Shown: positions 47,176 to 58,145, counted from the stretch's first letter. The stretch is 64,000 nt of DNA from Bacteroidia bacterium (GCA_905373475.1 CAJPTC010000007.1:16852-80851), one strand, 5' to 3'. Notes: generated from the sequence alone by a model not told the origin. Numbers and translations: made by a program.

Positions 47176-48711
47176 ATGAGGAAAATATTGTTGGGTACAA
47201 CATTGTTTCTAGGTTCTTTGCTCGCATTGGCGCTGTCTGCCAATGCGCAAGCGCCGACTCCTGCGCCTTTTACGGCGAGTGTAGCAACTCTGGAAAATGG
47301 AGACGCTGGTTTCTATAAAGCAACCATGAATGGCACAGAATTCACAGGCTATGAAGGCGATAAGCTTACATCCCTGAATCCTGATGCCGATTATGTGTTT
47401 GTTATGAAACCGAACGCAGGTTTCCGTGCTACAACCTGCGAATTTAAGGTTACTGCACATGGTACTGAAAGTACAAGACCGCAAGTAATAAAAGAAAAAA
47501 AGACGGGCGAAAACGTAGAGTACTACTATGTTGCCTTCAAGTTTCCCGCAGCAATGGGTACAACAGCCATCGAAGGTAAGGTAGTGTTCAGTAAACCCGA
47601 AGACGGAAACCTCATTAAGGTAACCGATAACGGCGCTAAGGTGACTATAAAGGCTGGTGAAACTGAAGTAACCCCCACGACCTTAGTGAAGAAGGATACC
47701 GATCTGGTAATTACCGTAGAACCTCCTAAAGGACACGAACTAGAGAGTGTAACCTTCAACGGTACAGCTCTAACCGCAGAAGCCGATAAGTCCTACAAGA
47801 CGAAGATGTCGGAAGGCGAAGCAACTCTGGTTGTAAACATAAAGGGTGGCGTTACGCCTCCTGCAACCACCTATACGGCAACGATTGCAGCCGCTGAGCA
47901 TGGTACAGTCTCGATCCATAAGCCGAAACTGAATGCAGATAAGAAGCTGGAAGGCTACGAAGAAGAAGCATTAACGACCCTCGAGCATGGCGTACTGTAC
48001 CTCTTGGTAATGAAACCCGAGGCTGGCTATGTATTAGGGAAAATAGAAGCTAAGCTCAAAGCTCAAGGACAAGAAATGCCAATCTCATCATGGGGAGGGA
48101 AAGTGAATGCCATGAAGGGTAAGGATGGCAAGATTGAGTATTACTACGTGGGCTTTGGTTTTCCCGCAGCGATGGGTACAGAAGCTATCTCCGTTGCCGT
48201 GACTTTTTCACAGGGTAACCTGATTAAGACCACTGCCAATGGCGCTACTGTAAAGATTATGCAAGGCGCAATGGAAGTAACTGCAGAAACAAAAGTAGGC
48301 GCTGGTGCAGTGCTAACCATTGCCGTAACCGCCCCAGAGGGGAAGGAAATCGAAAAAGTAGAATTCGCAGGAACTGCTCTTACCCTCAATAAGGACAAGG
48401 TTTACGTTGCGACAATGCCAGATGCTGAGGCTACCCTAGTTGTCTCCATGAAAGAAGGCGCTGCTGTTGCTGACGCTGTTCTTGATGCAGTGGTAGTATA
48501 CCCGAATCCGTTTGCTTCGGAGATTGTGGTAACGAACTTAGCAGAGGTTGCAAAGGTAGCTTTGGTAAATGCACAAGGTGTAGTGGTTCGCTCTGTATTG
48601 CCTAATGGTGCAAGCGAATTGCGTCTCGCCGTAGAAGATTTGCCAGCTGGTTTGTACCTGTTGTTATTAGAAAACAACGGTGCTCAGAAGGCTATCCGTT
48701 TGGTAAAGTAG
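47176..48711 (+). CDS. T9SS type-A CTD cargo protein with an internal ~190-aa duplication
   Basis: Signal peptide ending ANAQA. Two diverged repeats (each with EYYYV-F-FPAAMGT, NLIK-T-NGA-V-I, then -F-GTALT...EATLVV). C-terminal VVYPNPFASEIVV...GLYLLLLENNGAQKAIRLVK sorting domain. Confidence 0.85.
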   Translation: MRKILLGTTLFLGSLLALALSANAQAPTPAPFTASVATLENGDAGFYKATMNGTEFTGYEGDKLTSLNPDADYVFVMKPNAGFRATTCEFKVTAHGTESTRPQVIKEKKTGENVEYYYVAFKFPAAMGTTAIEGKVVFSKPEDGNLIKVTDNGAKVTIKAGETEVTPTTLVKKDTDLVITVEPPKGHELESVTFNGTALTAEADKSYKTKMSEGEATLVVNIKGGVTPPATTYTATIAAAEHGTVSIHKPKLNADKKLEGYEEEALTTLEHGVLYLLVMKPEAGYVLGKIEAKLKAQGQEMPISSWGGKVNAMKGKDGKIEYYYVGFGFPAAMGTEAISVAVTFSQGNLIKTTANGATVKIMQGAMEVTAETKVGAGAVLTIAVTAPEGKEIEKVEFAGTALTLNKDKVYVATMPDAEATLVVSMKEGAAVADAVLDAVVVYPNPFASEIVVTNLAEVAKVALVNAQGVVVRSVLPNGASELRLAVEDLPAGLYLLLLENNGAQKAIRLVK

Positions 48712-48732
48712 TCTATACTAGGTTGTTATTAC

Positions 48733-48768
48733 AGCACGGGCGTGGAAATTCCGCGTCCGTGCTTTTTA
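48733..48768 (+). terminator. Rho-independent terminator
   Basis: 12-bp stem AGCACGGGCGTG / CGCGTCCGTGCT (two G-U pairs), 7-nt loop, then TTTTT. Confidence 0.75.
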
Positions 48769-48870
48769 TATATATATCATGTCTTAACCAAAACCTCCCG
48801 TTAAATTATTTACCTTTTTCATAAATTGCGATCAGTTTTCTATGTTTATCAACTAATAAATACTGATTGC

Positions 48871-51800
48871 ATGACTTTTATTAGGTTTAATGTGTGGCTA
48901 TGGCTACTGCTAACCCTCCCCTTGTGTCTTTGGGCTCAGGACGAGGTACAGTTAGGTGGTCATCGCTTTGTGCCTCCACAGAACATGGAGGGCAATGTAC
49001 GCGGACGCGATGCCGACGTGGCAGCTCTGAAAGGGCTAAAAAACGTACTGGTACAATTCAAGCAAATTCCGAATGCAGAAGCAATCGCGAAACTGCGTGC
49101 TGCGGGACTCGAACTTGGGTCGTACGTCGGAGGAAATGCATACTACGCAGCTCTCTCGGGCGATGCGCGCGTGGTTTCACAAGTACGTCGCTTGCATTTG
49201 CTAACCTCTATGGTTGCCATGCGTCCTGAGTGGAAACTCCATACCGCTCTCTCTGGTGCAGAGCTTCCTACATGGGCAACAACAGGGGGGAATGTAAAAG
49301 TGGTCGTTCGCTTTGCACCCAATGCGCCACGCACAACGATTGTGGCAGCATTGCAAGAACTAGGCGCAACTGCCATTCATCTTTCTACCCTTTTTGACCA
49401 AGTGGAGGTTACCGCTTCCCGCTCTCAAATCAACGCTATTGCTGCATTACCTTGGGTACTGGCAATAAACCCTATAGATCGTCCTTCCACCCTCTTCAAT
49501 GACGGTGGCGCTAAATTAGGACGTGCGCAAATACTACGTCAACCCACCTCAATGGGAGGTCGTGGACTCTCGGGCGCAGGTCGAAAAGTGGGTATATGGG
49601 ATGGTAATGTGATCTATCACCCCGATTTTGCTAATCGCGTTCATGTACAAGAATACGAGAGTGCTGACGGAAATGAAGAACATGGTACACACGTGGCGGG
49701 CACAGTACTCGGAGCAGGTTTGCTAAATGCAAAGGCACGAGGCATGGCGCCCAAAGCAGAAGCATGGACGTACAATTTCAATGTCTCGTCGAACGGATTG
49801 AGTGAGCGCGAAGAGATGGCTCTGGCGCGCGAACGCTTTGGTATTCACGCGACGCAGAATTCTTACGGACTTGCCATCGGCGGCTTGTGTGACCAATTGA
49901 AAGAACTCGTTTATTTCAATTCGGAGTATCAGATTGATGCGCTTGCTAATAAGTATCCGACTCTTACGCATGTCTATGCTGCGGGGAACGACCAATTCCG
50001 TTGTACAGAAGAGACAAGAGAGCTTTGGGGCGTGGAAGGGTACGGAACAACCTCACGAAAGGCAAAAAATATCATCACCGTGGGTGCGGTAGACGACTAC
50101 GGGTTTATCGCCTCTTTTAGCAGCTGGGGACCTACTGATGATGGGCGTTTATTCCCATTGCTTTGTGCAAAAGGAGTACAAGTTTATAGTACGCAACCGA
50201 AGAGTAAATACGCGTTCCTAGATGGTACCTCTATGGCTTGTCCTACAGTGACGGGGCACGCCTTACTACTACAAGAACGCTATGCACAGCTTTACCACGG
50301 CGAGGAAATGCGTAGTGACCTCGTACGCGCGCTTTTAGCAAACACCGCTGACGATGCAGGAACAGAAGGACCTGACTTTAAGTATGGGTACGGTGTTATG
50401 AACGCCGAAAAGGCAGTTATTGCACTAGAAAAAGAGTTTTTTGCGTTTGGCGAAGTAGAAACGGGCAAGAGCTTTACAAAAGAAATTACTCTTCCCGCAG
50501 GGACGCAAGAGGCTCGTGTTATGCTGGTATGGAACGACCCAGCATCTGAGCGTGATTATCAGTGGGGACAATCTGTTCTGATAAACGATCTTGACCTCCG
50601 TGTAGCAGTTGCAGGCAAAGAATATCAGCCATGGGTACTTAAACCAGAAAAAGGGAAAGTTGAACTACCCGCTGAACGTGCGAACGATCGTTTGAACAAT
50701 GTAGAACAGGTAACACTCACTAGTACTGAGTTAGCAGGCGCAACGAACATAAGCGTTACCGTAAAAGGGACACGTATTACCGATGGTAAACAAGCGTTTG
50801 CTATCGTATGGTGGGCTGACGGGAAACCAGAGGCTCGTATAGTAGCTCCTGCTGCTGGTGAGGTTTATGCTGTAGGTGAGACCACCGTAGGCATTCTAGA
50901 AGCGGTAGAAGCGCCTTACGTAGTGGAAATATCGTATGACGGCGGGAAGAATTATAACTACTTGGGCAAAGTAGCGGGTCAGTATCTGCAAATGAGCTAT
51001 CGAATTCCCGAAGGTGCGCCCAATACGAACCAAGCAAAAATGCGCATCATTGACAAAATGGGGCGTACGGCTGTAAGTACTGGTCAGTTTACTATCTCTG
51101 AGAAAATCGAGAACCTTGAGTTGACGACTGGCGATTGCGGTCTAGCGGGCTGGAAACTCACTTGGGATAAAGCTAAAGCGGCAAGTGCAGAGTACGAGAT
51201 ACTCTTGGCAGACCGAAGCAAAGGGACGTGGCACTCTATTGGTCATACGGCGGAGACTGAATTTGTAATTCCTGAGGCAAATTTCCACGCTGGCGAGCAA
51301 CCCAGTTTCTGCGTTGCTATACGTTTTGGCGATAACCAGTGGGGAGTACGTTCGGAGGCCATTACGGCGACTGTACCCATGCCGCTTAAATTGCAACCTA
51401 CAGACTTGCCATTCGCCGAGACATTTAGACAGGAAGGCTCCGATTATTTCAAGATAACGGGGGGAAAACACACTTCTATCTTCTATCGCAATGTATCCTA
51501 CCAGCAAACACCGGGTTCTAATGTCCTCTATTATGGCGTAGTAGGAGTAGGAACATTCGACGAGAGTGCATGGTTTGATAAGGGAAAAAACGGCGACTTT
51601 ATTAGCGATCTGACTTTGTGTAATATCGATTTGACATCGTTTGCAGCCGACCAGCAAGTGCAACTACACATCCGTGGTGGTTTGGCACGCAACACAGTTT
51701 CGGAACTTACCACATCGCGTTTCCGTGTTTTAGACAATGGGAAACCGTTACCCAATTCTTATGGTAAAGAGGTTGTAGAAACTACGCAGAATGGTCTCGA

Positions 51801-54800
51801 GGACTATTACTACCTCCTTCAGGGCGGAACTACTCACAAGCTCGTCATTCAGCACTGTGGCATGAAACCTCGTGATTTCCTAACCCTCAATGGTATCTGG
51901 ATAGAAGCATTGGATCAAAACCCCGACGTAAGTGTCGCGCTTGCGCGTAAGGTAAGTGATAGCATCAATATGGGCGTAACATTCTTCCCCTTTGCTGTAA
52001 AGAACGTCTCGTCACGCCCTGCGGATAAAGTGGAACTACGCGTCTATCTCAATGATAAGTGGGTGACAAGCAAAGAGGTAAAGAACTTATTGCCAAAAAC
52101 AGATCAGGTGATTAACGTACCGATCGATCTTAGCACGACAGATCCATACGGAGCGCGCTACACGATACGAGCAGAGGTTGCAATGGCTGACGAAAAGAAC
52201 ACAAAGAACAATACTTTCACGTTTGCCATCAACAATTTGGGGAAGGTGCAAACCCACCCGAGCTCTACCTACTACGGTGGCGAAGCTATGGATCCTCGGC
52301 GTACGATCGAGGTTGACAAGCCTATTCTATACACAGACAACGGGGGTGCCTATAGCGATTACTTAACTTCGCAGCGTGCCACCTTGCAATTTATTCCCAA
52401 AGACCCATCTATGCGTCTGCGTGTCCGCTTTCATAGTGTAGACTTGGTGGGAGACAGCACATATCTTGTAATCTACACATCCAAAGCACCTGCAACCCTC
52501 GAGATGGGCGAAACGCCGCCTCGCGACATCTTGCAAGACCATGCTGAGAATTTGGAATACGTCTCAGACTCTGACGATGGTGGACTTGTCTTTTTCTTCC
52601 GTACAAAAGAGGAGGGACGGGCAGCTGGATGGCGTGCAGAGATCGATCTTGTTCCGATGGCTAATCCGTTGACACTACTCAGTGCCAAAGCCTCTTTGCG
52701 TGGGACAAAAGCGGACGAACGTGTACCAGTACAAGTTACTATTCGGAACAACTATCCTACGCCGCAAAAGGATGTAAATGTGTCGCTCTTCAGCCCATAT
52801 CTTGCCTCCTACATCAGCGATACGCTCATTAGCGAGGTAAAACCTGGAATTACGGAGCTTTCGCTTCCTCCTGTAAAAATCAAACAGCGCTTCATTACTG
52901 ACTGTCAAGCGGTAATACAAGCCAATTGCGATACTTACGGACAAGACAATAGCCGTAAGACGCTTCTTGCTTACGAAAAGTACCCCATCCCAGGACTGAT
53001 AGGGGTTTCTAATCCCTATATCTTCGAGATGATAGTGAACGACTCTCTATTCTCTCCCAATGATCCGTGGATACACGTCCAGTACGAAACGTTCCCCACC
53101 ATTCCCGTTTATATTGACGACCAAAAGGTGAAGGTGCAGTACTCATTGGAATTTGGAGAAGACGATGTTCCGTACGCCATCGGAGCATGGGTGGACTGGA
53201 ATCAGAATTCCGAATTTGAGGAGACTGAGAAGACCAGTGCCAATTTCGAGGCTGGCGAATCTGAACCTGTGCTTAGTATACCGTTACCAAGTACTCTTCA
53301 AGAAGGCGAGTATCGTGTACGGATGGCAATATGTCCTCCAGATGCATTGAAGGATGGTGCGAACTTCCCCAATGGCTTTGCCTACGGCGATCTGCGCGAT
53401 TTCACATTTGCAGTAAAAGCGAAAAATCCGACAACAGACGATCTCGAACTGCTTGCTATAGATGCGGGAGATTCGGGAGAGAACTTAGCCTCTAATCAAC
53501 CAATCTCTTTACAACTCAAGAACCGTTCATTGCATACATATGATAAGGAGATTACGGTAACTGTGAGTGTAGATGGAGCACCTGAAGCTAGTGAAACTAT
53601 AAAAGTGGATCCTGCTATCGAGGCAAAAGACAACGGAGAGATAGAGCTTCAGGGAATAACAGCCAATCTTTCCACACCTGGGCGGCACATAATCAAGGCA
53701 ACCATTGCAGAGAAGCCTGAGGCAGTAAATACGACGAATAATACCACGACTCATATTGTCTATTGTACAAAACATAAAGTGGACGATGAGCAGTACTGTA
53801 TGTCGTTCCAAAGCCTTGTTAGCGAAAGCGACAAACAGAGTGTTGTTCTCCCTCACGTTGCATCTCAACTCAAGGAGTTCCGTCAAGGTGACATCTATCG
53901 TTTCGAGATGCTTTTCAAAGCTGACCAGTCGCAACCTGCGACCTTGCTACAAGGGAAGAAATTTGCAATACAGCTAGCGCGTAATTCGGAATATGGTTTC
54001 CCCAACAACTCAATTGGCGTTGTCTGTGGTGACTATGCTTTCCGTTGGACTGACGGCAATGCTGTTACATTCGGGCAATGGCATCATCTAGCTGTAGAAG
54101 TGGCCATCACCAAAATGCCAACCGAAGATTCGTCGGGCGATACCGATGTAAGAATTTGGATTGATGGAAAACCGCAAAAAATAAACACGTACGGTTTAGA
54201 CATCCCTAATTTCCGCGCATTGGAGTTGGGTAAGTATTTCAATGGTGAGATTGACGAGTTCCGTTGCATGCGTGGTAAAGCAGAAGATGCAAAGATCCTT
54301 GAGTACATAAATAAGCACTATGTAAAGAGTGGCGAAGACCTCCCCGCGAATTGCATTGCCGAATACAGCTTCGACGAAGGCACAGGAAACTGGGCTAGTA
54401 TTTGCAAGGGTACTGCGGCTGGAATAGAAGTTACCGACGCTACTCTTGTAAGTAAAACGGAGAATGGGATCTGGAAAAAACACGGTGAACTACTCAGCCA
54501 GATCAGCTTTGACGGAATGGTGAGCAAGCAGTTGGTAGGTAACAAGTGGAAGGTGAAGTTTAAGAAAGAAGTCGCTGCACATAAGAATGCTATCAAGGGC
54601 TCGCTACTCCCTAACTGGCAGGGAACAGAATTCAAGTACAAAGGGAAGACAGTTACCGAAAACCAACTCTTTGATTTCACAACAGATGTTACCATCAATG
54701 CTACTCTTACATTGTTTGGGAAGTCCTACAACCAAACATTAGTTTTTGAGTTTGAGGCAGACGAATCTGATGCGCGCGATTTGCTTTCATTAGGTCTCAA

Positions 54801-57800
54801 GAAAGCGAACAATGCAGGGATGACCGCTGACCTTGATGTGGTGCAGCCCATACCTACAGTTTGCCCAATTGTACTGAAGCGTGCAGAATTTGGCGAACCT
54901 ACTGCGCTCAATAAGGTAAAACTCTCTTTTGAAGCTTCGCCCGAAGCACAGGTTTATGTCGACGAGGTAAAACCCGCGAATATACTGGTTAACAATGTGA
55001 CTGAGGTGGATTTCACACGTCCGCGTGTTCTGATAGTAGAGGCAAAGAACAAGGAAACGAAGCGTTACGAAGTCAGTCTACTACGCGAACAAACGATTAC
55101 ATGGGACAACGTAGTAACCTCCTATACCTACGGGGCAGCAGCGGTCACTCTGTCAGCGACTGCTTCTTCCAACCTCCCTGTACGTTACGAAGCGTTAATG
55201 CCTACAGTTGCAAGTGTAGTGGACAACCAGCTCCGTATTGGTTTACCTGGCAGTGCTGTAATCCGTTGTATACAAAACGGTAATGAACAGTATACATTAG
55301 CTCAGCCCATAGAGAAGACTATTGTAGTAGCAAAGAAGCCGATTACCGTGGTGCCAAAACTGGAAGCGACCGTCTCTTATGGTGCGCCCATTGATTGGAA
55401 ATTCTCTTACACAGGGCTTGTGAGCGAAGCTGATCGCGCATGGCTAAAAGACGAAAGTGCAAAGGGGGCTTACAAACTCTCTAATGCAGCAGGAGTAACT
55501 TTCGCTATGGACGATCTGCTCCCCGCTGGACAATACAAGTTGCAAGCCACAGGTGCATACGAGACAGAGCGTTACATTATTACCCCAGAAGAGAAAACAT
55601 TTGAGGTAGTAAATGACAAGCAAGTTGAGGTTACGTTTGTAGTGAAAGACAACGACGGTCCTTTGGCAGACGTACTTATTACAGTTGCTAAGCTCGAAGG
55701 GCGGACTAACACCAATGGCGAAGTGCGTTTCCCGCTGCCTATAGGCAAGGCTATAGGGTATGTGGCATCTAAAGGGAGCGTCCGTATTGATGGCTCACAT
55801 ACTCCCACGGCGAGTGGCAACAACAAGGTTGAGATTACATTCCCCAAAGAGACGCTCACGCTGACCTACAAGCCAGATGAGCATAGTACACTCAGTGGAA
55901 ATACGCTTCAGAAGGTCGCAGTCTCTATGAGTGGGACAGACGTGCTAGTAGTGCCTGCCGAAGGTTACGAATTTGTTCAGTGGTCTGACGGACGTAAGGA
56001 CAATCCGCGTCGCGATACCCAAGTCGCACAATCGCTGGAGGTTACCGCTCAGTGTAAAGCCAAATTATTTACCATACACTATGCTATTGTCGGATCGGGA
56101 AAATGGTTACAAGGCGAACAGGAACAGGTGGTAGCATACAACGAGAATGCAAGCCCCATTGCTGTAGCACCCGCAGACGATGAAAGCCTCTTTGAACGCT
56201 GGAGTGACGGAAATGTATCGGCAGAGCGAGAGGATAAGAATGTCAAGAGAGATGCAGAACATACTGCATACTTTACTAGCTACGCAACGCTACCCACTGT
56301 TCAGAAATTCGATGACGGCACTTTCCCCAAAGGCTGGTATTCGTTGAGTGAAGGTGCTACTACAAACCCCATGTATGTGGCAAATGGGTTGAGTGACAAG
56401 GCTTTTGTACTCGACAATGGCTTCCTCTTCTGCGACAATCGCAATCTGGCAATCAATGGTAGAAATTATACAACCTACCTGTATACGCCTCGCTACCGTA
56501 CTACGGGCTTGGCAGCTGACTTACAGATGCATTTTGATTATTCGTTACGTTGGGGTTTCCAAGCAAGTCGTTTTGTCGTAGAGTATACTACAGACGGGCA
56601 GAACTGGCAACCTTGGACCACGAATATTCCGAACAGTGGCGAGGGACGTGCTACATTTGATGCGACCCTTGACGCTACGCTCTTTGCTGGAAAAGAGTTT
56701 GTGCAGTTCCGGTTTGTGTATCAACCGATTGGTGGCTGGTATCTATGCATAGATAACGTGAACATTTTCGAGAAAAAAACGCAGCAATACACTCTTAGCT
56801 ATGTAAGCGAACCCGCTGGGGCAGGCGAGTTTATTATTGACGATGTTGTGGTTGAATCGCAAACAGTGGAACACGGCGAAGCGGCTAAACTTGTTGAAGC
56901 TCAGGCAAAAGCCGACTATCGTTTCATTGGTTGGAAGGGCGGCAGTACATCGCCCAAATTCCGTGCCGTAGGCTCAGTATTTGCCGATGCTACTTATACG
57001 GCTCTTTTTGCAAAGGCGGAAAACGTGCGTGTAGCTTACACGGCTAGCCCAGCGGAAGGGGGAACTATCGTTGGCGAGGCGGGACTACCTCTCTCGTATC
57101 AATTGCTGAATAAAGGAGGTAATGCTGCTCCCGTGAAGGCTGTTGCGAATGAAGGATGGCAGTTTGCATACTGGTTGCATAACGGCGTTGCTGTAGCAGA
57201 GCTACAAGATAATGATGTACAGGCAGATTATGAACGCACTGCGGTCTTTACTCGAAGCACAAAGACAGTACATTTCGTGGTGACTTGCGATAAGGGTACG
57301 CTCCGCGATGCACAACTAACACTTGGTATCAAGACTTTCGATCTGCAAAATGATGGACGCTTGCAATTGGAATTGGCTACTGGCGAATACCAATATACGA
57401 TAGGTGCTCCGCACTATCAGTCTAGTAAAGGTAAATTTGTAGTGGGTGCAGAGGATGTAACTATCTCGGTACTACTTAAGCGTTTACCGAATGAGTATAT
57501 TCCACTCTATGCTATCACTTTTGCACAGCCAAGGAATGGTAAACTAAGTGTTCTATTGCAAGGACGCGAACTGACTTCGGGCTACGAGGTAGAAAAAGGT
57601 ACTGAGCTTGAACTTCAAGTAATGCCCAATGAGGGGTACGAGTTAGAATCGCTAAAGGCTGGTGACGATAATTTGACAGGGACGGTTGCAGACAACAAAG
57701 TCCGTTACACAGTGCAGAATGCGGTAACAATTAGCGCACAGTTTAAGCAAAAAGCAACGCACGTAGACTCCTCTGAAGTATTCAGTATCTCTGCGAGACC

Positions 57801-58014
57801 TAATCCATTCGCAGACAAGCTGAGAATTATAAATGAGGAACAGATACAAGGTATCTATCGCCTCACCAATGCTACGGGAGTTGTTGTACGTAGTGGTAAG
57901 CTAGAGAGTCATGAAGTTGTTATTGAAACAGCCGACCTTGCTTCTGGACTATACCTTCTCCGTATAACCAGTGCCAATGGTGCTTCTAAGACCATACGCG
58001 TAGTGAAAGAGTAA
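48871..58014 (+). CDS. Giant (~3047 aa) T9SS-secreted subtilisin-like (S8) serine protease with multiple adhesin-like domains
   Basis: Start set to ATG 48871 (MTFIRFNVWLWLLLTLPLCLWAQ). S8 triad: Asp in GIWDGNV (49600-49602), His in HGTHVAGT (49681-49683), Ser in GTSMACPTVTGH (50230-50232). Downstream: LamG-like segment (WHHLAVEV...IWIDGKPQ...GEIDEFRCM), CarboxypepD_reg-like segments, Listeria-Bacteroides/InlB-B-type repeats (EGYEFVQWSDG, FERWSDG, YRFIGWKGG, WQFAYWLHNG), MAM-like segment. Type-A CTD ARPNPFADKLRI...GLYLLRITSANGASKTIRVVKE. Confidence 0.92.
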   Translation: MTFIRFNVWLWLLLTLPLCLWAQDEVQLGGHRFVPPQNMEGNVRGRDADVAALKGLKNVLVQFKQIPNAEAIAKLRAAGLELGSYVGGNAYYAALSGDARVVSQVRRLHLLTSMVAMRPEWKLHTALSGAELPTWATTGGNVKVVVRFAPNAPRTTIVAALQELGATAIHLSTLFDQVEVTASRSQINAIAALPWVLAINPIDRPSTLFNDGGAKLGRAQILRQPTSMGGRGLSGAGRKVGIWDGNVIYHPDFANRVHVQEYESADGNEEHGTHVAGTVLGAGLLNAKARGMAPKAEAWTYNFNVSSNGLSEREEMALARERFGIHATQNSYGLAIGGLCDQLKELVYFNSEYQIDALANKYPTLTHVYAAGNDQFRCTEETRELWGVEGYGTTSRKAKNIITVGAVDDYGFIASFSSWGPTDDGRLFPLLCAKGVQVYSTQPKSKYAFLDGTSMACPTVTGHALLLQERYAQLYHGEEMRSDLVRALLANTADDAGTEGPDFKYGYGVMNAEKAVIALEKEFFAFGEVETGKSFTKEITLPAGTQEARVMLVWNDPASERDYQWGQSVLINDLDLRVAVAGKEYQPWVLKPEKGKVELPAERANDRLNNVEQVTLTSTELAGATNISVTVKGTRITDGKQAFAIVWWADGKPEARIVAPAAGEVYAVGETTVGILEAVEAPYVVEISYDGGKNYNYLGKVAGQYLQMSYRIPEGAPNTNQAKMRIIDKMGRTAVSTGQFTISEKIENLELTTGDCGLAGWKLTWDKAKAASAEYEILLADRSKGTWHSIGHTAETEFVIPEANFHAGEQPSFCVAIRFGDNQWGVRSEAITATVPMPLKLQPTDLPFAETFRQEGSDYFKITGGKHTSIFYRNVSYQQTPGSNVLYYGVVGVGTFDESAWFDKGKNGDFISDLTLCNIDLTSFAADQQVQLHIRGGLARNTVSELTTSRFRVLDNGKPLPNSYGKEVVETTQNGLEDYYYLLQGGTTHKLVIQHCGMKPRDFLTLNGIWIEALDQNPDVSVALARKVSDSINMGVTFFPFAVKNVSSRPADKVELRVYLNDKWVTSKEVKNLLPKTDQVINVPIDLSTTDPYGARYTIRAEVAMADEKNTKNNTFTFAINNLGKVQTHPSSTYYGGEAMDPRRTIEVDKPILYTDNGGAYSDYLTSQRATLQFIPKDPSMRLRVRFHSVDLVGDSTYLVIYTSKAPATLEMGETPPRDILQDHAENLEYVSDSDDGGLVFFFRTKEEGRAAGWRAEIDLVPMANPLTLLSAKASLRGTKADERVPVQVTIRNNYPTPQKDVNVSLFSPYLASYISDTLISEVKPGITELSLPPVKIKQRFITDCQAVIQANCDTYGQDNSRKTLLAYEKYPIPGLIGVSNPYIFEMIVNDSLFSPNDPWIHVQYETFPTIPVYIDDQKVKVQYSLEFGEDDVPYAIGAWVDWNQNSEFEETEKTSANFEAGESEPVLSIPLPSTLQEGEYRVRMAICPPDALKDGANFPNGFAYGDLRDFTFAVKAKNPTTDDLELLAIDAGDSGENLASNQPISLQLKNRSLHTYDKEITVTVSVDGAPEASETIKVDPAIEAKDNGEIELQGITANLSTPGRHIIKATIAEKPEAVNTTNNTTTHIVYCTKHKVDDEQYCMSFQSLVSESDKQSVVLPHVASQLKEFRQGDIYRFEMLFKADQSQPATLLQGKKFAIQLARNSEYGFPNNSIGVVCGDYAFRWTDGNAVTFGQWHHLAVEVAITKMPTEDSSGDTDVRIWIDGKPQKINTYGLDIPNFRALELGKYFNGEIDEFRCMRGKAEDAKILEYINKHYVKSGEDLPANCIAEYSFDEGTGNWASICKGTAAGIEVTDATLVSKTENGIWKKHGELLSQISFDGMVSKQLVGNKWKVKFKKEVAAHKNAIKGSLLPNWQGTEFKYKGKTVTENQLFDFTTDVTINATLTLFGKSYNQTLVFEFEADESDARDLLSLGLKKANNAGMTADLDVVQPIPTVCPIVLKRAEFGEPTALNKVKLSFEASPEAQVYVDEVKPANILVNNVTEVDFTRPRVLIVEAKNKETKRYEVSLLREQTITWDNVVTSYTYGAAAVTLSATASSNLPVRYEALMPTVASVVDNQLRIGLPGSAVIRCIQNGNEQYTLAQPIEKTIVVAKKPITVVPKLEATVSYGAPIDWKFSYTGLVSEADRAWLKDESAKGAYKLSNAAGVTFAMDDLLPAGQYKLQATGAYETERYIITPEEKTFEVVNDKQVEVTFVVKDNDGPLADVLITVAKLEGRTNTNGEVRFPLPIGKAIGYVASKGSVRIDGSHTPTASGNNKVEITFPKETLTLTYKPDEHSTLSGNTLQKVAVSMSGTDVLVVPAEGYEFVQWSDGRKDNPRRDTQVAQSLEVTAQCKAKLFTIHYAIVGSGKWLQGEQEQVVAYNENASPIAVAPADDESLFERWSDGNVSAEREDKNVKRDAEHTAYFTSYATLPTVQKFDDGTFPKGWYSLSEGATTNPMYVANGLSDKAFVLDNGFLFCDNRNLAINGRNYTTYLYTPRYRTTGLAADLQMHFDYSLRWGFQASRFVVEYTTDGQNWQPWTTNIPNSGEGRATFDATLDATLFAGKEFVQFRFVYQPIGGWYLCIDNVNIFEKKTQQYTLSYVSEPAGAGEFIIDDVVVESQTVEHGEAAKLVEAQAKADYRFIGWKGGSTSPKFRAVGSVFADATYTALFAKAENVRVAYTASPAEGGTIVGEAGLPLSYQLLNKGGNAAPVKAVANEGWQFAYWLHNGVAVAELQDNDVQADYERTAVFTRSTKTVHFVVTCDKGTLRDAQLTLGIKTFDLQNDGRLQLELATGEYQYTIGAPHYQSSKGKFVVGAEDVTISVLLKRLPNEYIPLYAITFAQPRNGKLSVLLQGRELTSGYEVEKGTELELQVMPNEGYELESLKAGDDNLTGTVADNKVRYTVQNAVTISAQFKQKATHVDSSEVFSISARPNPFADKLRIINEEQIQGIYRLTNATGVVVRSGKLESHEVVIETADLASGLYLLRITSANGASKTIRVVKE

Positions 58015-58040
58015 ACACACTCCTCGCGAAAAGAGACAAA

Positions 58041-58070
58041 GGGTATTGCCTTCGGGCAGTACCCTTTTTT
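58041..58070 (+). terminator. Rho-independent terminator after the S8 gene
   Basis: Stem GGGTATTGCC / GGCAGTACCC (one G-U pair), loop TTCG, then TTTTTT. Confidence 0.75.
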
Positions 58071-58145
58071 GTATTGTGTCACCGTTTTATAGTCTTAAGG
58101 TTTTCACAGAAAAAGTTCTCCCTTGTTAAGGGAGAGAGCGTGGTA

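Noticed and set aside
48767-48776. A (TA)5 microsatellite just downstream of the terminator at 48733..48768.
   Set aside because: It is too short to argue for phase variation and is not positioned between recognisable promoter elements.
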